From Kiritimatiellia bacterium (GTDB taxonomy: Bacteria; Verrucomicrobiota; Kiritimatiellia; JAAZAB01), in assembly GCA_040767085.1 (NCBI GenBank), contig JAXGPF010000012.1, positions 64,001-128,000 on the forward strand: 64,000 bases of DNA. Direction: 5' to 3'. Positions 11,001-19,632 of the stretch are shown here, piece by piece (positions within the stretch are counted from its first letter, which is position 1; each line of letters opens with the position of its first letter). The translations under genes and the position numbers were made by a program. Under the pieces are notes generated by a model. That model ran no database searches and was not told the DNA's origin. It was given only the letters and a program-made list of their open reading frames with translations.

Positions 11001-11014
11001 CGGTTCCCAGGTGA
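8006..11014 (+). CDS. Large secreted protein: ThuA/GATase-like N-domain, putative TIM-barrel glycoside hydrolase, beta-galactosidase trimerisation-like C-domain
   Basis: Signal-peptide-like N-terminus after GGGAGAG RBS; YVRCGGGLLLQH and YLEDGGALLV (GATase1-like), GVFLDE catalytic-like motif, GRGRVAVF. Confidence 0.55.
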   Translation: MSNLWRAGATALACALFGNLAPAAADGPLRVGVYQALGGAGMLEALRAAPGLDCAEVDRLDAETLFQYDVVALPALRGMSDRAWEDALEAYVRCGGGLLLQHNAAGYRGWNRALFPELFADGGSSRQREIKVADAGDPVTAGVPAQFIQDYQDHVVLAPGPSGRVLARDADGAAVAVAGAVEQGRVIGSGLLPGVFVERAKHVERAPGAGERAFLVQAVNWLGAGRWTGLDEAERAARRRRVELAIELRNAALVAESGNPLAATIGGGSGADWFTDSMYNDHGFVHPPIEILPGRFFMFDGLVTAIAARNAILRPYGETLAILQQLKWLGVTDIITHTGGPQCNLRYLSKMTNAVYGSRAKRYGGDYLEIIVRAAHETGMNVWGFWHSKQEGGSFPIADARGQPYAAYGDIKNPAYLQQARYCLDELAERYNPYGNFKGVFLDELWHAFSADYMEGQTNAFAEFCRAQFGEAPPAALDLSARFAQGPDWCDPADVWWRRYVLFRNHFTVKYIRAVTAYANSKGLQTMPQVGFGFRWFSGHGDTAGLLTAGNLPWTYENRNNSRYEQYPSDSIILASHSRTHSGIQQVCHLRGKYGSQFALEQTWSIFSGQNPRVLEVFARQVRANREWYGAAPLSPYALVVNHAGMDLSLSNAVAEYKIIANGVQAWLQQRYPVGQLMIQDHQYFGRYAALIGARHGLRFMSDAAFAALRRYLEDGGALLVLDDQISTARADLTGVADQFEILTGVGRAPAGDAGAPYAGAIVWAAPLTNAPALSGSGLVCRAAGALGPETAVLARRDDGAPLVTCRRIGRGRVAVFHGDMTQWLAQPQTRAAALDCAAAVLDHLAPSPIRLEGNAQIYNAVRQGNWVAVSLVGLGTDYATFSTNFPARGRLRVDLQALGLDFPQYKVVSLARDRELMPDGKHWDEFSRNYWTAAILDADGVEVYIPRNSLADLELRCTIESERLRKFVLPMWNKSRQARSFEHEILAIAPVEEAAMVPVPR

Positions 11015-11053
11015 AGCGGCCACCCCCGGGCTGATAATCGCTGCGGTGGTGTT

Positions 11054-13192
11054 ATGAGGAATGCCGTCAAAAAAATCCTGCAGGGATTGGGGGTGGGCCT
11101 CGGGGCGGCGGCGGCCGCCGGGTTGATCTGGTCCGCCGGCTGGCTGGATGGGTTCGAGTGGAAAACCTGGGATTGGCGCGCCCGGATCATGCAGCATCCC
11201 GGTCCGGCCACCGACCGCATCCGCCTGATCCTGCTCGATCAGCCCAGCCTGGACTGGGGCGCCCAGCGCGGATTAAGCTGGCCCTGGCCGCGCGAGGTGT
11301 ATGCGCCGATCGTTGACTTCTGCCGCCGCCAGGGCGCGCGCGCCGTGGCGTTTGACGTTTTGCTCACCGAGCCGTCCAAGTATCTCGTGGCGGAGGAGGC
11401 AGCTCTCGGAGCGGCGGCGGCCGCCGCCGGCAATTTCGTGGCGGCGGTGTTCCTGGGCGCCGGCTCCGGCAGCGCCACCAACTGGCCGCCGGACATGCCG
11501 CCGCCGTACCGCCGGGCCGGCGCCTCTGTTCCAGATCACGACTGGCCCCCGGGCATGGTCTTGCCGCGGGCGACTTTTCCGATTCCGGAAATTGCGACCA
11601 ACGCCGCGGTGCTGGCGAATGTTTACGCCAATCCCGATGCCGACGGCGTGTATCGGCGCGTGCGCCTGGGCCAGGTATTCGATGGGCGGCTGGTGCCGGC
11701 CCTGGGCCTGGGCGCCTGGCTGGCGGCGGACCCGGAAATCCGCCCGGTTTACGAAAACCGCGCGCTGCGTTGCGGCGATTACCGGGCGCCGCTGGATGCC
11801 GCCGGACATGCGCTGCTGAGATTCCGCGGCAAATCCCGAACGCACCGCGCGTTCAGCGCGGCGGCGGTAATCGAGTCCGAACTGCTGGCGCAGGCAGGCC
11901 AGCCGGGCAGCCTGCCCGCCGACGCCTTCCGCGATTGCTACGTGTTTTTCGGCTTCAGCGCGCCGGGCTTGTACGATTTGCGGCCCGTGCCCGTCAGCGG
12001 GATTTACCCGGGCGTGGAAATTCATGCCACGATGCTGGACAACCTCCTGTCCCGCGACTTGATGCGGGACGCGCCGCGGCACTGGACCTGGCTCTGGCTG
12101 GTTTTGCTGGGCGGCAGCTACGGCCTGGCGGTGCGCGGCGGCCGCAATGCCCGCGATAATCTGCTGGCCTTCGCCCTGGCGCTGCCGGCGCCGGCCATTG
12201 TGAGCCTCTGGGCTTACAGCCGCGGGTTATGGCTGCCGCTGCTGCCCCCGACGGCGGCTGCCGCGCTGGCGCTGATCGGCGGGGTGCTGCTGAATTACGC
12301 CACGGAAGGCCGGCAGAAACGTTACATCCGTTCGGCTTTCCGGCAGTACCTGAGCGAGGCGGTGATCGCGCAATTGGTGGCCGATCCCAGCCGGCTGACG
12401 CTGGGCGGCGAGCAGCGCACGCTGTCAATCTTCTTTTCCGACCTCCAGGGGTTCACCGGCATTTCGGAAAAACTCAACCCGCGCGAACTGACCAGCCTGC
12501 TGAACGAATACCTCACCGCCATGACCGACATCATCCAGGCGGAAGGCGGCACCGTGGACAAGTATGAAGGCGACGCCATCATCGCCTTCTGGAATGCGCC
12601 GCTGCCGCTGGCCGACCATGCCCTCCGCGCCGTGCGCGCGGCCCTGCAATGCCAGGCGCGGCTGGCGGATATCCGGCCGGATTTGAAGGCGCGGTACGGC
12701 AGCGACTTGTTCATGCGCATCGGCGTCAACACCGGTCCGGTGGTGGTGGGCAACATGGGGTCGCACAACCGTTTTAACTATACCATCCTGGGCGATGCCG
12801 CCAATCTGGCCTCCCGGCTGGAAGGCATCAACAAGCAATTCGGCACTTTCACCCTCATCTCCGAAGCCACGCAGGCCGAACTGGCCATGGCGGGGGAGCA
12901 TGGGATCGCGGTCCGGGAGCTCGGACGGGTGGCCGTGGTGGGGCGCCGCGCGCCGGTGCTGGTTTATGAGCCGGTCTGCCGGGCGGACCTGGCCGCCCGG
13001 CGGGCGGACTGGGAAAAATTTGCCGCGGCCCTGGCGGATTTCTATGCCGGGCGGTTCGCGGCGGCCCAGGCGCGATTCGCGGAATTGCAGGAGCGCGACC
13101 CGCCTGCCGCGGCCTATGCGCGCAAGTGCCAGGCCTTGCTGGACCGGCCGCCGGCCGCGTGGGAAGGGGTTTGGACGATGACGGAAAAATGA
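11054..13192 (+). CDS. CHASE2-domain class III adenylate cyclase
   Basis: CHASE2 motifs (WPWPRE, DADGVYRRV, PGVEIHA), three TM segments, cyclase motifs FSDLQGFT, DKYEGDA, RIGVNTG, NYTILGDAANLASRLEG (Lys/Thr pair suggests ATP specificity). Confidence 0.93.
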   Translation: MRNAVKKILQGLGVGLGAAAAAGLIWSAGWLDGFEWKTWDWRARIMQHPGPATDRIRLILLDQPSLDWGAQRGLSWPWPREVYAPIVDFCRRQGARAVAFDVLLTEPSKYLVAEEAALGAAAAAAGNFVAAVFLGAGSGSATNWPPDMPPPYRRAGASVPDHDWPPGMVLPRATFPIPEIATNAAVLANVYANPDADGVYRRVRLGQVFDGRLVPALGLGAWLAADPEIRPVYENRALRCGDYRAPLDAAGHALLRFRGKSRTHRAFSAAAVIESELLAQAGQPGSLPADAFRDCYVFFGFSAPGLYDLRPVPVSGIYPGVEIHATMLDNLLSRDLMRDAPRHWTWLWLVLLGGSYGLAVRGGRNARDNLLAFALALPAPAIVSLWAYSRGLWLPLLPPTAAAALALIGGVLLNYATEGRQKRYIRSAFRQYLSEAVIAQLVADPSRLTLGGEQRTLSIFFSDLQGFTGISEKLNPRELTSLLNEYLTAMTDIIQAEGGTVDKYEGDAIIAFWNAPLPLADHALRAVRAALQCQARLADIRPDLKARYGSDLFMRIGVNTGPVVVGNMGSHNRFNYTILGDAANLASRLEGINKQFGTFTLISEATQAELAMAGEHGIAVRELGRVAVVGRRAPVLVYEPVCRADLAARRADWEKFAAALADFYAGRFAAAQARFAELQERDPPAAAYARKCQALLDRPPAAWEGVWTMTEK

Positions 13193-14034
13193 CTAGCCTG
13201 GTGGATGCCCGTTTGCAAACGGGAGAAAGGCGCCGGATGCGCAAAGAGTGGCTGATGCTGACGGTCATGTGGGCGGCGGCGCAGTTGGCGCCGGCGGGGG
13301 AAACGCTGGCCTTGCCGTATGACTCCGCCGCACGGGAGGAATTCAGGGACAAACTGGGCATGCTGTCGGTGACGCTGCCCGCGGGTTATCAGGTCCGCGA
13401 TCAATCCACTGCCGACCGCACCAAGGTAACCCTGCGTTACGGGAATGATTGCCAGGTGATCCTGATCAGTTCCGTCATGCGCCAGCCCTGGGATGCGCCG
13501 GCGGAAATGGAAAAGAAAATGGCGGCCTTGCGACAGGGGCGGGTCGTGGGAAAATCCGAAGAAATTACGTCCCGGCTGTGCCGTCTGGACGCAGCCGACG
13601 GCTACGAGTACCAGGTCCGGAAAAGCGCTTGGCATTGCCTCCAGGGCTTCGCGGGAGTGGCGCGCGGCCGCAGTTACGTGTGTGTCGTAGAAGTCAACGG
13701 GCGCCCCAACGCCGCGGACGCGGCCCGACCGCTGGTGGAGGCGATTAACAACTCGTTTAAAGTGCTGGCGCCGGTGCCGCCGCCGGCCCGGCCGCAGCCG
13801 GGCGCGCCGCCTCCGCCGCCAGCCGGCCCGGCCGATGACTGGGCCGCGGCGGAGGCAGCCATCAAGGTGAATGGCGTGATCCGCAAACAGCAACAGGTGC
13901 TGGCAATGATCGGCGGACAGATGGTGGCGACGGGCGAGACCGTGCGTATTCTCTATGACGGCCGGACATATCCGTTCCGCGTGATCTCCATCAATCCGGA
14001 CCGTGCGCGGGTGGCGGTTGTGCCGGTGAAATAA
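13189..14034 (+). CDS. Hypothetical exported protein with Pro-rich linker and C-terminal GspB/T2SS-like beta domain
   Basis: ATGA overlap with cyclase stop; signal-like segment; PPPARPQPGAPPPPP linker; IKVNGVI...AMIGGQMVATGETV...FRVISI C-terminus. Start could be 13237. Confidence 0.5.
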   Translation: MTSLVDARLQTGERRRMRKEWLMLTVMWAAAQLAPAGETLALPYDSAAREEFRDKLGMLSVTLPAGYQVRDQSTADRTKVTLRYGNDCQVILISSVMRQPWDAPAEMEKKMAALRQGRVVGKSEEITSRLCRLDAADGYEYQVRKSAWHCLQGFAGVARGRSYVCVVEVNGRPNAADAARPLVEAINNSFKVLAPVPPPARPQPGAPPPPPAGPADDWAAAEAAIKVNGVIRKQQQVLAMIGGQMVATGETVRILYDGRTYPFRVISINPDRARVAVVPVK

Positions 14035-14068
14035 AGCCAATTTCAAAACTCACGTTTTGAAAGCGATA

Positions 14069-15883
14069 TCAACCCGCGGCCGGGGCCGGCTCCAGCACGG
14101 CGCGAATCCGGCGCACTCCGGCGCTGGAGGCTTCCTCCTTGACGATGCGGAAACGGCCCAACTCGCTGGTGTTGGCGACATGCGGGCCCCCGCAAACCTC
14201 GGCCGAAAAATCGCCGATGGCGAACAATTTTACTTGCTCGCCGTACTTGGCGGTGAACAACGCCATGGCGTTTTTGCGGCGCGCGGTTTCCAGGTCGGTC
14301 ATTTCCATCGTCACCGGCAAGGCCCGGCCGATGACGCCGTTCACCAGTTCTTCCACGCGCTGCAATTCCTCCGGCGTCATTTTGGCGGGGTGCGAGAAGT
14401 CGAAGCGGAGGCGTTCGGCGGTGATATTGGAGCCTTTCTGGCGGACATGGCCGCCCAGCACGATTTGGAGCGCGCGGTGCAGCAGGTGCGTGGCGGTATG
14501 GAGCCGGGTGGTGGCTTCGGAGTGATCCGCCAGACCGCCCTTGAAAGCCTTGTCGGCCCCCTGGCGGGAAACTTCCTGGTGCTTGGCGAAGGCCTTGTCG
14601 AAGCCCGGCTGGTCAACGTCCAGGCCGCGTTCGCGGCAGATTTCAGCGGTAAATTCTAAGGGGAAGCCGTACGTGTCATAAAGCCGGAAGGCCACCCGTC
14701 CGCTTAAAATCTTCTGGTCATGGGCGTGCAATTGTTCCAGGGCCTTGTCCAGCTCCTGCATGCCCTGGCCCAGCGTTTTTTCGAATTTTTCCTCCTCGCC
14801 CGCCAGTTCCCGGAGGATGTTTTCCCGGTTGTGGCGCAGTTCCGGGTAGGCGGCCTGGTAACCGGCGATGATGGTGTCCGCCACGGCGCGGGAGAATCCC
14901 GGAGCGAGGCCCAGCTGCTTGGCATGGCGCACGGCGCGCCGGATCAGCCGGCGCAGGACATAGCCCTGGCCGAGGTTGCCCGGGACAATGCCCTGCTCGT
15001 CGCCGATGATGAACACGGCGCTGCGCAGATGGTCGGCAATCACCCGGAACGCCCGCGTGATTTCCGGCGCGGCGTCGAAGGCCTTGCCGCTGGCGTCGGC
15101 GATGGCGGCGATAATCGGCTGGAAAAGTTCGGTTTCATATACCGAATGTTTGCCCTGGAGCATGGCGGCGGTGCGCTCAACCCCCATGCCGGTGTCCACG
15201 TTATGCTGCTGCAGGGGAGCGTAAACGCCTTCCGCGGTCTTGTTGTACTGCATGAAAACGTCATTCCAGATTTCGAAAAATTTGCCGCAGCCGCAGCCGG
15301 GCCGGCAGCCGGGGCCGCAGGCCGGCCGGCCGGTATCCACGAACATTTCCGTGTCCGGACCGCAAGGGCCGGTTTTGCCGGCAGGCCCCCACCAGTTGTC
15401 GTCCATCGGCAGGAAGAATATATGCCGCTCGTCCACCCCGAGCCGCTTCCAGATATCCGCGGAGGCGGTATCGGCCGGAACGTTCGCATTGCCCTCGAAC
15501 ACCGTCACGTAAAGCTGCTCAGGGCGGAAATCCAGGCAATCCGGCGCAGTCAGGAATTGAAACGACCAGGCAATGGCCTCCTGCTTGAAATAATCGCCCA
15601 GAGACCAATTGCCGAGCATCTCGAAGAATGTCAGGTGCGAGGCGTCGCCCACGGCATCGATATCGCCGGTGCGGATGCACTTCTGCACATTGCACAGGCG
15701 CCGCCCGGCGGGATGGGGTTCGCCCAGCAGGTAGGGCACCAGCGGGTGCATACCGGCGGTGGTGAATAAAACCGTGGGATCGTTCTGTGGAATGAGCGAC
15801 TGCCCGGTAATCAGGGCATGGCCCTGCTTTTGAAAGAAATCGAGGAACAGCTTGCGTAATTCGTTGGCGTTCAGGGCTTTCAT
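14069..15883 (-). CDS. alaS: Alanine--tRNA ligase, short form lacking C-Ala domain
   Basis: LFTTAGMHPL, HLTFFEMLGNWS, GPCGPDTE, DTGMGVER, editing motifs HTATHLL and CGGPHV; ends at SAGVRRIRA. ATG overlaps recA TGA (TGATG). Confidence 0.95.
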   Translation of the reverse strand: MKALNANELRKLFLDFFQKQGHALITGQSLIPQNDPTVLFTTAGMHPLVPYLLGEPHPAGRRLCNVQKCIRTGDIDAVGDASHLTFFEMLGNWSLGDYFKQEAIAWSFQFLTAPDCLDFRPEQLYVTVFEGNANVPADTASADIWKRLGVDERHIFFLPMDDNWWGPAGKTGPCGPDTEMFVDTGRPACGPGCRPGCGCGKFFEIWNDVFMQYNKTAEGVYAPLQQHNVDTGMGVERTAAMLQGKHSVYETELFQPIIAAIADASGKAFDAAPEITRAFRVIADHLRSAVFIIGDEQGIVPGNLGQGYVLRRLIRRAVRHAKQLGLAPGFSRAVADTIIAGYQAAYPELRHNRENILRELAGEEEKFEKTLGQGMQELDKALEQLHAHDQKILSGRVAFRLYDTYGFPLEFTAEICRERGLDVDQPGFDKAFAKHQEVSRQGADKAFKGGLADHSEATTRLHTATHLLHRALQIVLGGHVRQKGSNITAERLRFDFSHPAKMTPEELQRVEELVNGVIGRALPVTMEMTDLETARRKNAMALFTAKYGEQVKLFAIGDFSAEVCGGPHVANTSELGRFRIVKEEASSAGVRRIRAVLEPAPAAG

Positions 15884-16923
15884 CAACCGGCAATTTCCTT
15901 CATGCGGGCTTTGATTTTCTCGATGAGCTTTTCCTGAATATCCGGCCGGGTCTTGAGAAATTCCACCGCCGCCTCGCGCCCCTGGCCGATTTGTTCGCCG
16001 TCGAGCGAGAGCCAGGAGCCGCGTTTGTCAATCAGCTCGTGCTGCAGGGCGGCGTCAACGATCGAAGCGCACCAGGAGATGCCGGCGGCGTACATGATGT
16101 CGAATTCCGCTTCCATGAAGGGCGGGGCGACCTTGTTCTTGACGACTTTAACCTTAGTGCGGTTGCCGATGATATGGCCGGCATTGTCTTTGATGACGCC
16201 GATTTTGCGGATATCCAGTCGGACGGAGGCGTAAAATTTCAGGGCCTTGCCGCCCGTGGTGGTTTCCGGGTTGCCGAACATCACGCCGATTTTCTCGCGC
16301 AACTGGTTGGTGAAGATGCAGCAGGTCTTGGAGGTGGAAATCACCGCGGTCAGTTTCCGCATGGCCTGCGACATCAGGCGGGCCTGCAGGCCCATCTGGG
16401 CGTCGCCCATTTCACCGTCAATTTCCGCGCGCGGCGTCAAGGCCGCGACGGAATCGATGACCACCACGTCCATGGCATTGCTGCGGATCAGGGTTTCGGC
16501 GATGGTGAGGGCTTCCTCGCCCGAGGATGGCTGCGAGATCAGCAGGTCGTCCAGTTTGACCCCGATTTTCTTGGCATAAATCGGGTCCAGGGCGTGTTCG
16601 GCGTCAATAAACGCCGCCACGCCGCCGTTTTTCTGGGCGTTGGCAATGATGTGCAGCGTCAGGGTGGTTTTGCCGGACGATTCCGGGCCGTAGATTTCAA
16701 TGATGCGCCCGCGGGGAATGCCGCCGACGCCCAGGGCCATGTCCAGGGAGAAGGCCCCGGTGGAAATCACCGGTATGGCGGCGATGGTCGCGGCGTCGCC
16801 CAGGCGCATGATCGCGCCTTCGCCGAATTCCTTCTGAATCTGGTTCAGTAAACTGTTCAAGACCGCGGAATTGTCGCGGGGGCCGGTGTTTTCCTGGGGT
16901 TTGGATGCTTGTTTGGCGGCCAT
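15883..16923 (-). CDS. recA: Recombinase RecA
   Basis: GPESSGKTT Walker [35 protein letters not shown]. Alternative start 16953. Confidence 0.98.
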   Translation of the reverse strand: MAAKQASKPQENTGPRDNSAVLNSLLNQIQKEFGEGAIMRLGDAATIAAIPVISTGAFSLDMALGVGGIPRGRIIEIYGPESSGKTTLTLHIIANAQKNGGVAAFIDAEHALDPIYAKKIGVKLDDLLISQPSSGEEALTIAETLIRSNAMDVVVIDSVAALTPRAEIDGEMGDAQMGLQARLMSQAMRKLTAVISTSKTCCIFTNQLREKIGVMFGNPETTTGGKALKFYASVRLDIRKIGVIKDNAGHIIGNRTKVKVVKNKVAPPFMEAEFDIMYAAGISWCASIVDAALQHELIDKRGSWLSLDGEQIGQGREAAVEFLKTRPDIQEKLIEKIKARMKEIAG

Positions 16924-16936
16924 GTTTGCTTGTCCT

Positions 16937-17917
16937 TTATTTTGCGTACCCATGCGGATGGGCTTGATGCCATTGCCAGGCGGTTTTGACGATGTGCGCG
17001 ATCTGGCTTTGCGCCGGTTGCCAACCCAGCGCCGCGCGCGCGCGGGCGTAATCGGCTACCAGGCGCGGCGGATCGCCCGGCCGGCGCGGCATGAAATGCG
17101 CCGGGATCGGGTGCCCGGTGATCCGGCGGGCCGCCTCCAGCACTTCCCGGACCGAACAGCCCGCGCCGGTGCCGAGATTGAAAGCGGCGCCGGCATTCTC
17201 CGGGAGTTTATGCAAGGCCTGGACATGCGCCAGGCCCAGGTCCCCGATGTGGATGTAATCCCGGATGCAGGTGCCGTCGGGCGTGGGGTAATCGTCGCCG
17301 TAAATCTGCAAGTGCGGCGCCTGCCCCAGGGCTACCCGCAGGATGTTGGGAATCAGGTGCGTTTCGGGGGTGTGATCTTCCCCGTGCCGCGGCGTCGCGC
17401 CGCAGGCGTTAAAGTAGCGCAGAAACACGGTCTGCCACTGGTGCGCAGCGGCATACCACCGGAAAATCTGCTCGCACATCAGCTTGGATCCGCCGTAGGG
17501 ATTGGTGGGCGCCTGCGGGGTGTTTTCCGTAATCGGCATTTCGGACGGCTCGCCGTAGGTCGCGCAGGTGGAGGAAAACACCAGGCGCCGCACACCCGCC
17601 TTGCGCATGGCTTCCGCCAGATTAACGGCCCCGCCGACATTGTTGACGAAATAAAGTTCCGGGTGGGCCATGGATTCGCCGACCAGCGCATAGGCGGCGA
17701 AATGCATGACGGCATCCGGTTTTTCCGCGGCCATGGCCCGTTCGATCTGGTCGGGACGGCGCAGGTCGCCCTGGATGAAATTCGCCCGCTGGTCCACCGC
17801 CGCGCGGTGGCCGCGTTCCAGATTGTCGAAAACCACCACCTCGTGGTTCTCATTCAGAAGCATTTCCGCGGCCACGCAACCGATGTAACCGGCGCCACCT
17901 GTGACAAAAATTTTCAT
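16937..17917 (-). CDS. galE: UDP-glucose 4-epimerase
   Basis: [41 protein letters not shown]. Confidence 0.95.
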   Translation of the reverse strand: MKIFVTGGAGYIGCVAAEMLLNENHEVVVFDNLERGHRAAVDQRANFIQGDLRRPDQIERAMAAEKPDAVMHFAAYALVGESMAHPELYFVNNVGGAVNLAEAMRKAGVRRLVFSSTCATYGEPSEMPITENTPQAPTNPYGGSKLMCEQIFRWYAAAHQWQTVFLRYFNACGATPRHGEDHTPETHLIPNILRVALGQAPHLQIYGDDYPTPDGTCIRDYIHIGDLGLAHVQALHKLPENAGAAFNLGTGAGCSVREVLEAARRITGHPIPAHFMPRRPGDPPRLVADYARARAALGWQPAQSQIAHIVKTAWQWHQAHPHGYAK

Positions 17918-17997
17918 GGTCGTTTATTATAGCGTCTTTTTAAAATTTGGCCATATTTTTATGCGCCGGGCATGGGAACAAATCAAGCCCAATGCCT

Positions 17998-18145
17998 GCC
18001 TGGGCCCGCAAATCACGGCTGCGTCATTCTCGGCGGCTCGCCCGGAGGTCTCGCCCTACCCGCGACAAATACTTATGAAACGGTAGGGCGAGGTCTCCGT
18101 ACCGAGCCGTCTGTTCTGAGAATGACGCCGCCTGGGCCTGCAAAT
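17998..18145. repeat. REPIN-like inverted REP pair (GTAG type) flanked by 16-bp direct repeats
   Basis: DR gcctgggcc(c/t)gcaaat at 17998-18013 and 18130-18145; outer IR gcgtcattctc/gagaatgacgc; inverted REPs at 18032-18060 and 18082-18111 (GGTAGGGCGAGG/AC-TCCG...GAGCCG). Confidence 0.7.
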
Positions 18146-18250
18146 TAAAAAAAAACAGAAAACAGTGTTCGTAACAAGTCAAGTGTCCGCTTTTTGTAAC
18201 AAGTGATCTGTCCGATTTGTTATTGTGTGTTGTTGCTCCTGGGGTGAGGA

Positions 18251-18276
18251 TTTTCCTCCCCCGCGGGGGAGGAAAA
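18251..18276. terminator. Perfect 26-bp palindrome after transposase stop, probable bidirectional terminator (second copy at 29170-29195)
   Basis: ttttcctcccccgcgggggaggaaaa equals its own reverse complement, with T/A tails on both sides. Confidence 0.7.
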
Positions 18277-18279
18277 AGT

Positions 18280-19464
18280 TTATGCGACGTCCTCCAGCGA
18301 CGCCGAAATGTTCAACGGTCCTTGGTAGCGGCCAACCACATGCGGGCCATAACGGATGGACACCGTGCCATCGAGGTGCTCGCAGACTTTAACCCGGCAC
18401 TTGGCGAAGCTGAAACGCCATTTTGATGGTCCAATCTGCAAGCGGCGACTCCCGACAGCCACGGTATTGTCATTTTGAACCTCTCGCGCATGCTGCACAC
18501 AGAAAATGCTGTCCAAATCCTGCTCACCGCAAGGCACGAAACACGTTCCTGTTTCCCGCGCCTTCACCTTCATGTTGCGATTGAAGGAAGGCAGAAACTG
18601 TTGTTGAATATAGACGTTGGCCTCGGCCATCGTCCGGATTCCCGCCTGCCTTAATTCCTGCGGCAGGCGCCCTTGCCAGGTCTTAAACATCCGCTCTATT
18701 CGCCCACGTCCCTGGGGGCTATAGCTCGGAATATGTTCGATCCCCAACTGTTGCAACGCCCGTCCAATTTGCGTCAATTGACGCCGGTCCACCGCCCCGC
18801 CTTCTTTGGGCGTATAAAAGAAATGACTGCCACGATCCGTGTACAGACTGCAGAAAACCCCATGTTTAATAATGACTTCTTTCAACCCCTTCATCACCGT
18901 TAATGTCCCTTCCTGGGGCACAAGATAGGCCGTGTAGACTTCGCTGGTGGCATCGTCCATCACCAGGATCAGATCCTGCTTCTGGCCCGCCAGCAGGGGC
19001 AACCAGGCATGGGTGCTGCCATCCACCATCAACATCATCCCCGCCATTGGTCGCCGTTCCCGCTGCTGCCGATGCGGCCCTCGTTTCCGGGCCTTCGCCA
19101 CCAACCCGGCCGTCTGCAAGGCGCTCTTGACCCACTGATAACTGAGCTCGATCCCATGCTCCGCCTGCAGCTTCTCGTGAAAATGCCTCACATTGAAATC
19201 CATGTATTCTTCTCGGTACAACCTCAGCACCTGCTTCACCGTCGCAAGGGGCACGCGCCGCGGCCCCGGTATCTTCCGCCGACGATCCAGCAGCCCGTCG
19301 TAACCATACCGCTCGTAGCGCCCTTTCCAGCGCCGCATGGTCCGGTAGCTCACACCTAGTATCTCCGCCGCCTCCCACCACATTAACCGCCCTTCAATCG
19401 CACGCAAGATCACTTCCTGTACCTTCATTGCCCGCTCCAGTGCTGCCTTCGGATATTCATCCAT
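18280..19464 (-). CDS. DDE transposase (IS1202/ISNCY; HTH + integrase core)
   Basis: HTH (AAEILGVSYRTMRRW), DGSTHAW, DDATS, YTDRGSHF, PQGRGRIERMFKTWQGRL; AAGGGGGG RBS before ATG 19464. Confidence 0.92.
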   Translation of the reverse strand: MDEYPKAALERAMKVQEVILRAIEGRLMWWEAAEILGVSYRTMRRWKGRYERYGYDGLLDRRRKIPGPRRVPLATVKQVLRLYREEYMDFNVRHFHEKLQAEHGIELSYQWVKSALQTAGLVAKARKRGPHRQQRERRPMAGMMLMVDGSTHAWLPLLAGQKQDLILVMDDATSEVYTAYLVPQEGTLTVMKGLKEVIIKHGVFCSLYTDRGSHFFYTPKEGGAVDRRQLTQIGRALQQLGIEHIPSYSPQGRGRIERMFKTWQGRLPQELRQAGIRTMAEANVYIQQQFLPSFNRNMKVKARETGTCFVPCGEQDLDSIFCVQHAREVQNDNTVAVGSRRLQIGPSKWRFSFAKCRVKVCEHLDGTVSIRYGPHVVGRYQGPLNISASLEDVA

Positions 19465-19566
19465 ATAACCCCCCTTTGAATGCACCATCCTGACAGCTTT
19501 AAGCGGACAAATCATTTGTTAATTATGCGGCCAAGTCATTTGTTTACGACAAAAAACAGAAAACAG

Positions 19567-19595
19567 TTGAATTACGGCGGGCTTTTTGGTATTCA
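19567..19595 (+). promoter_or_regulatory. Putative sigma70 promoter of the C1A peptidase operon
   Basis: TTGAAT-N17-TATTCA with TG at the extended -10 position; begins at the first base after the IS target duplication. Confidence 0.5.
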
Positions 19596-19632
19596 AATAA
19601 TGATGCTGCGCGTTGAAGCGCCGTGTCAGTTC

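Larger units (their letters stand above)
18166..19551 (-). mobile_element. IS1202/ISNCY-family insertion sequence, copy 1 (1386 bp), 15-bp target duplication aaaaacagaaaacag
   Basis: Ends TGTTCGTAACAAGT.../...TTGTTTACGACA with repeated subterminal motifs; DR at 18151-18165 and 19552-19566; same length as, and apparently identical to, 29085-30470. Confidence 0.92.

Noticed and set aside
18151-18165. IS targets as dif/XerCD sites
   Set aside because: No XerC/XerD arm consensus (e.g. TTATGTTAAAT paired with an inverted arm) is convincingly present at both insertions; only a partial ttatgttac occurs near copy 2, so it is worth a quick check but not supported.
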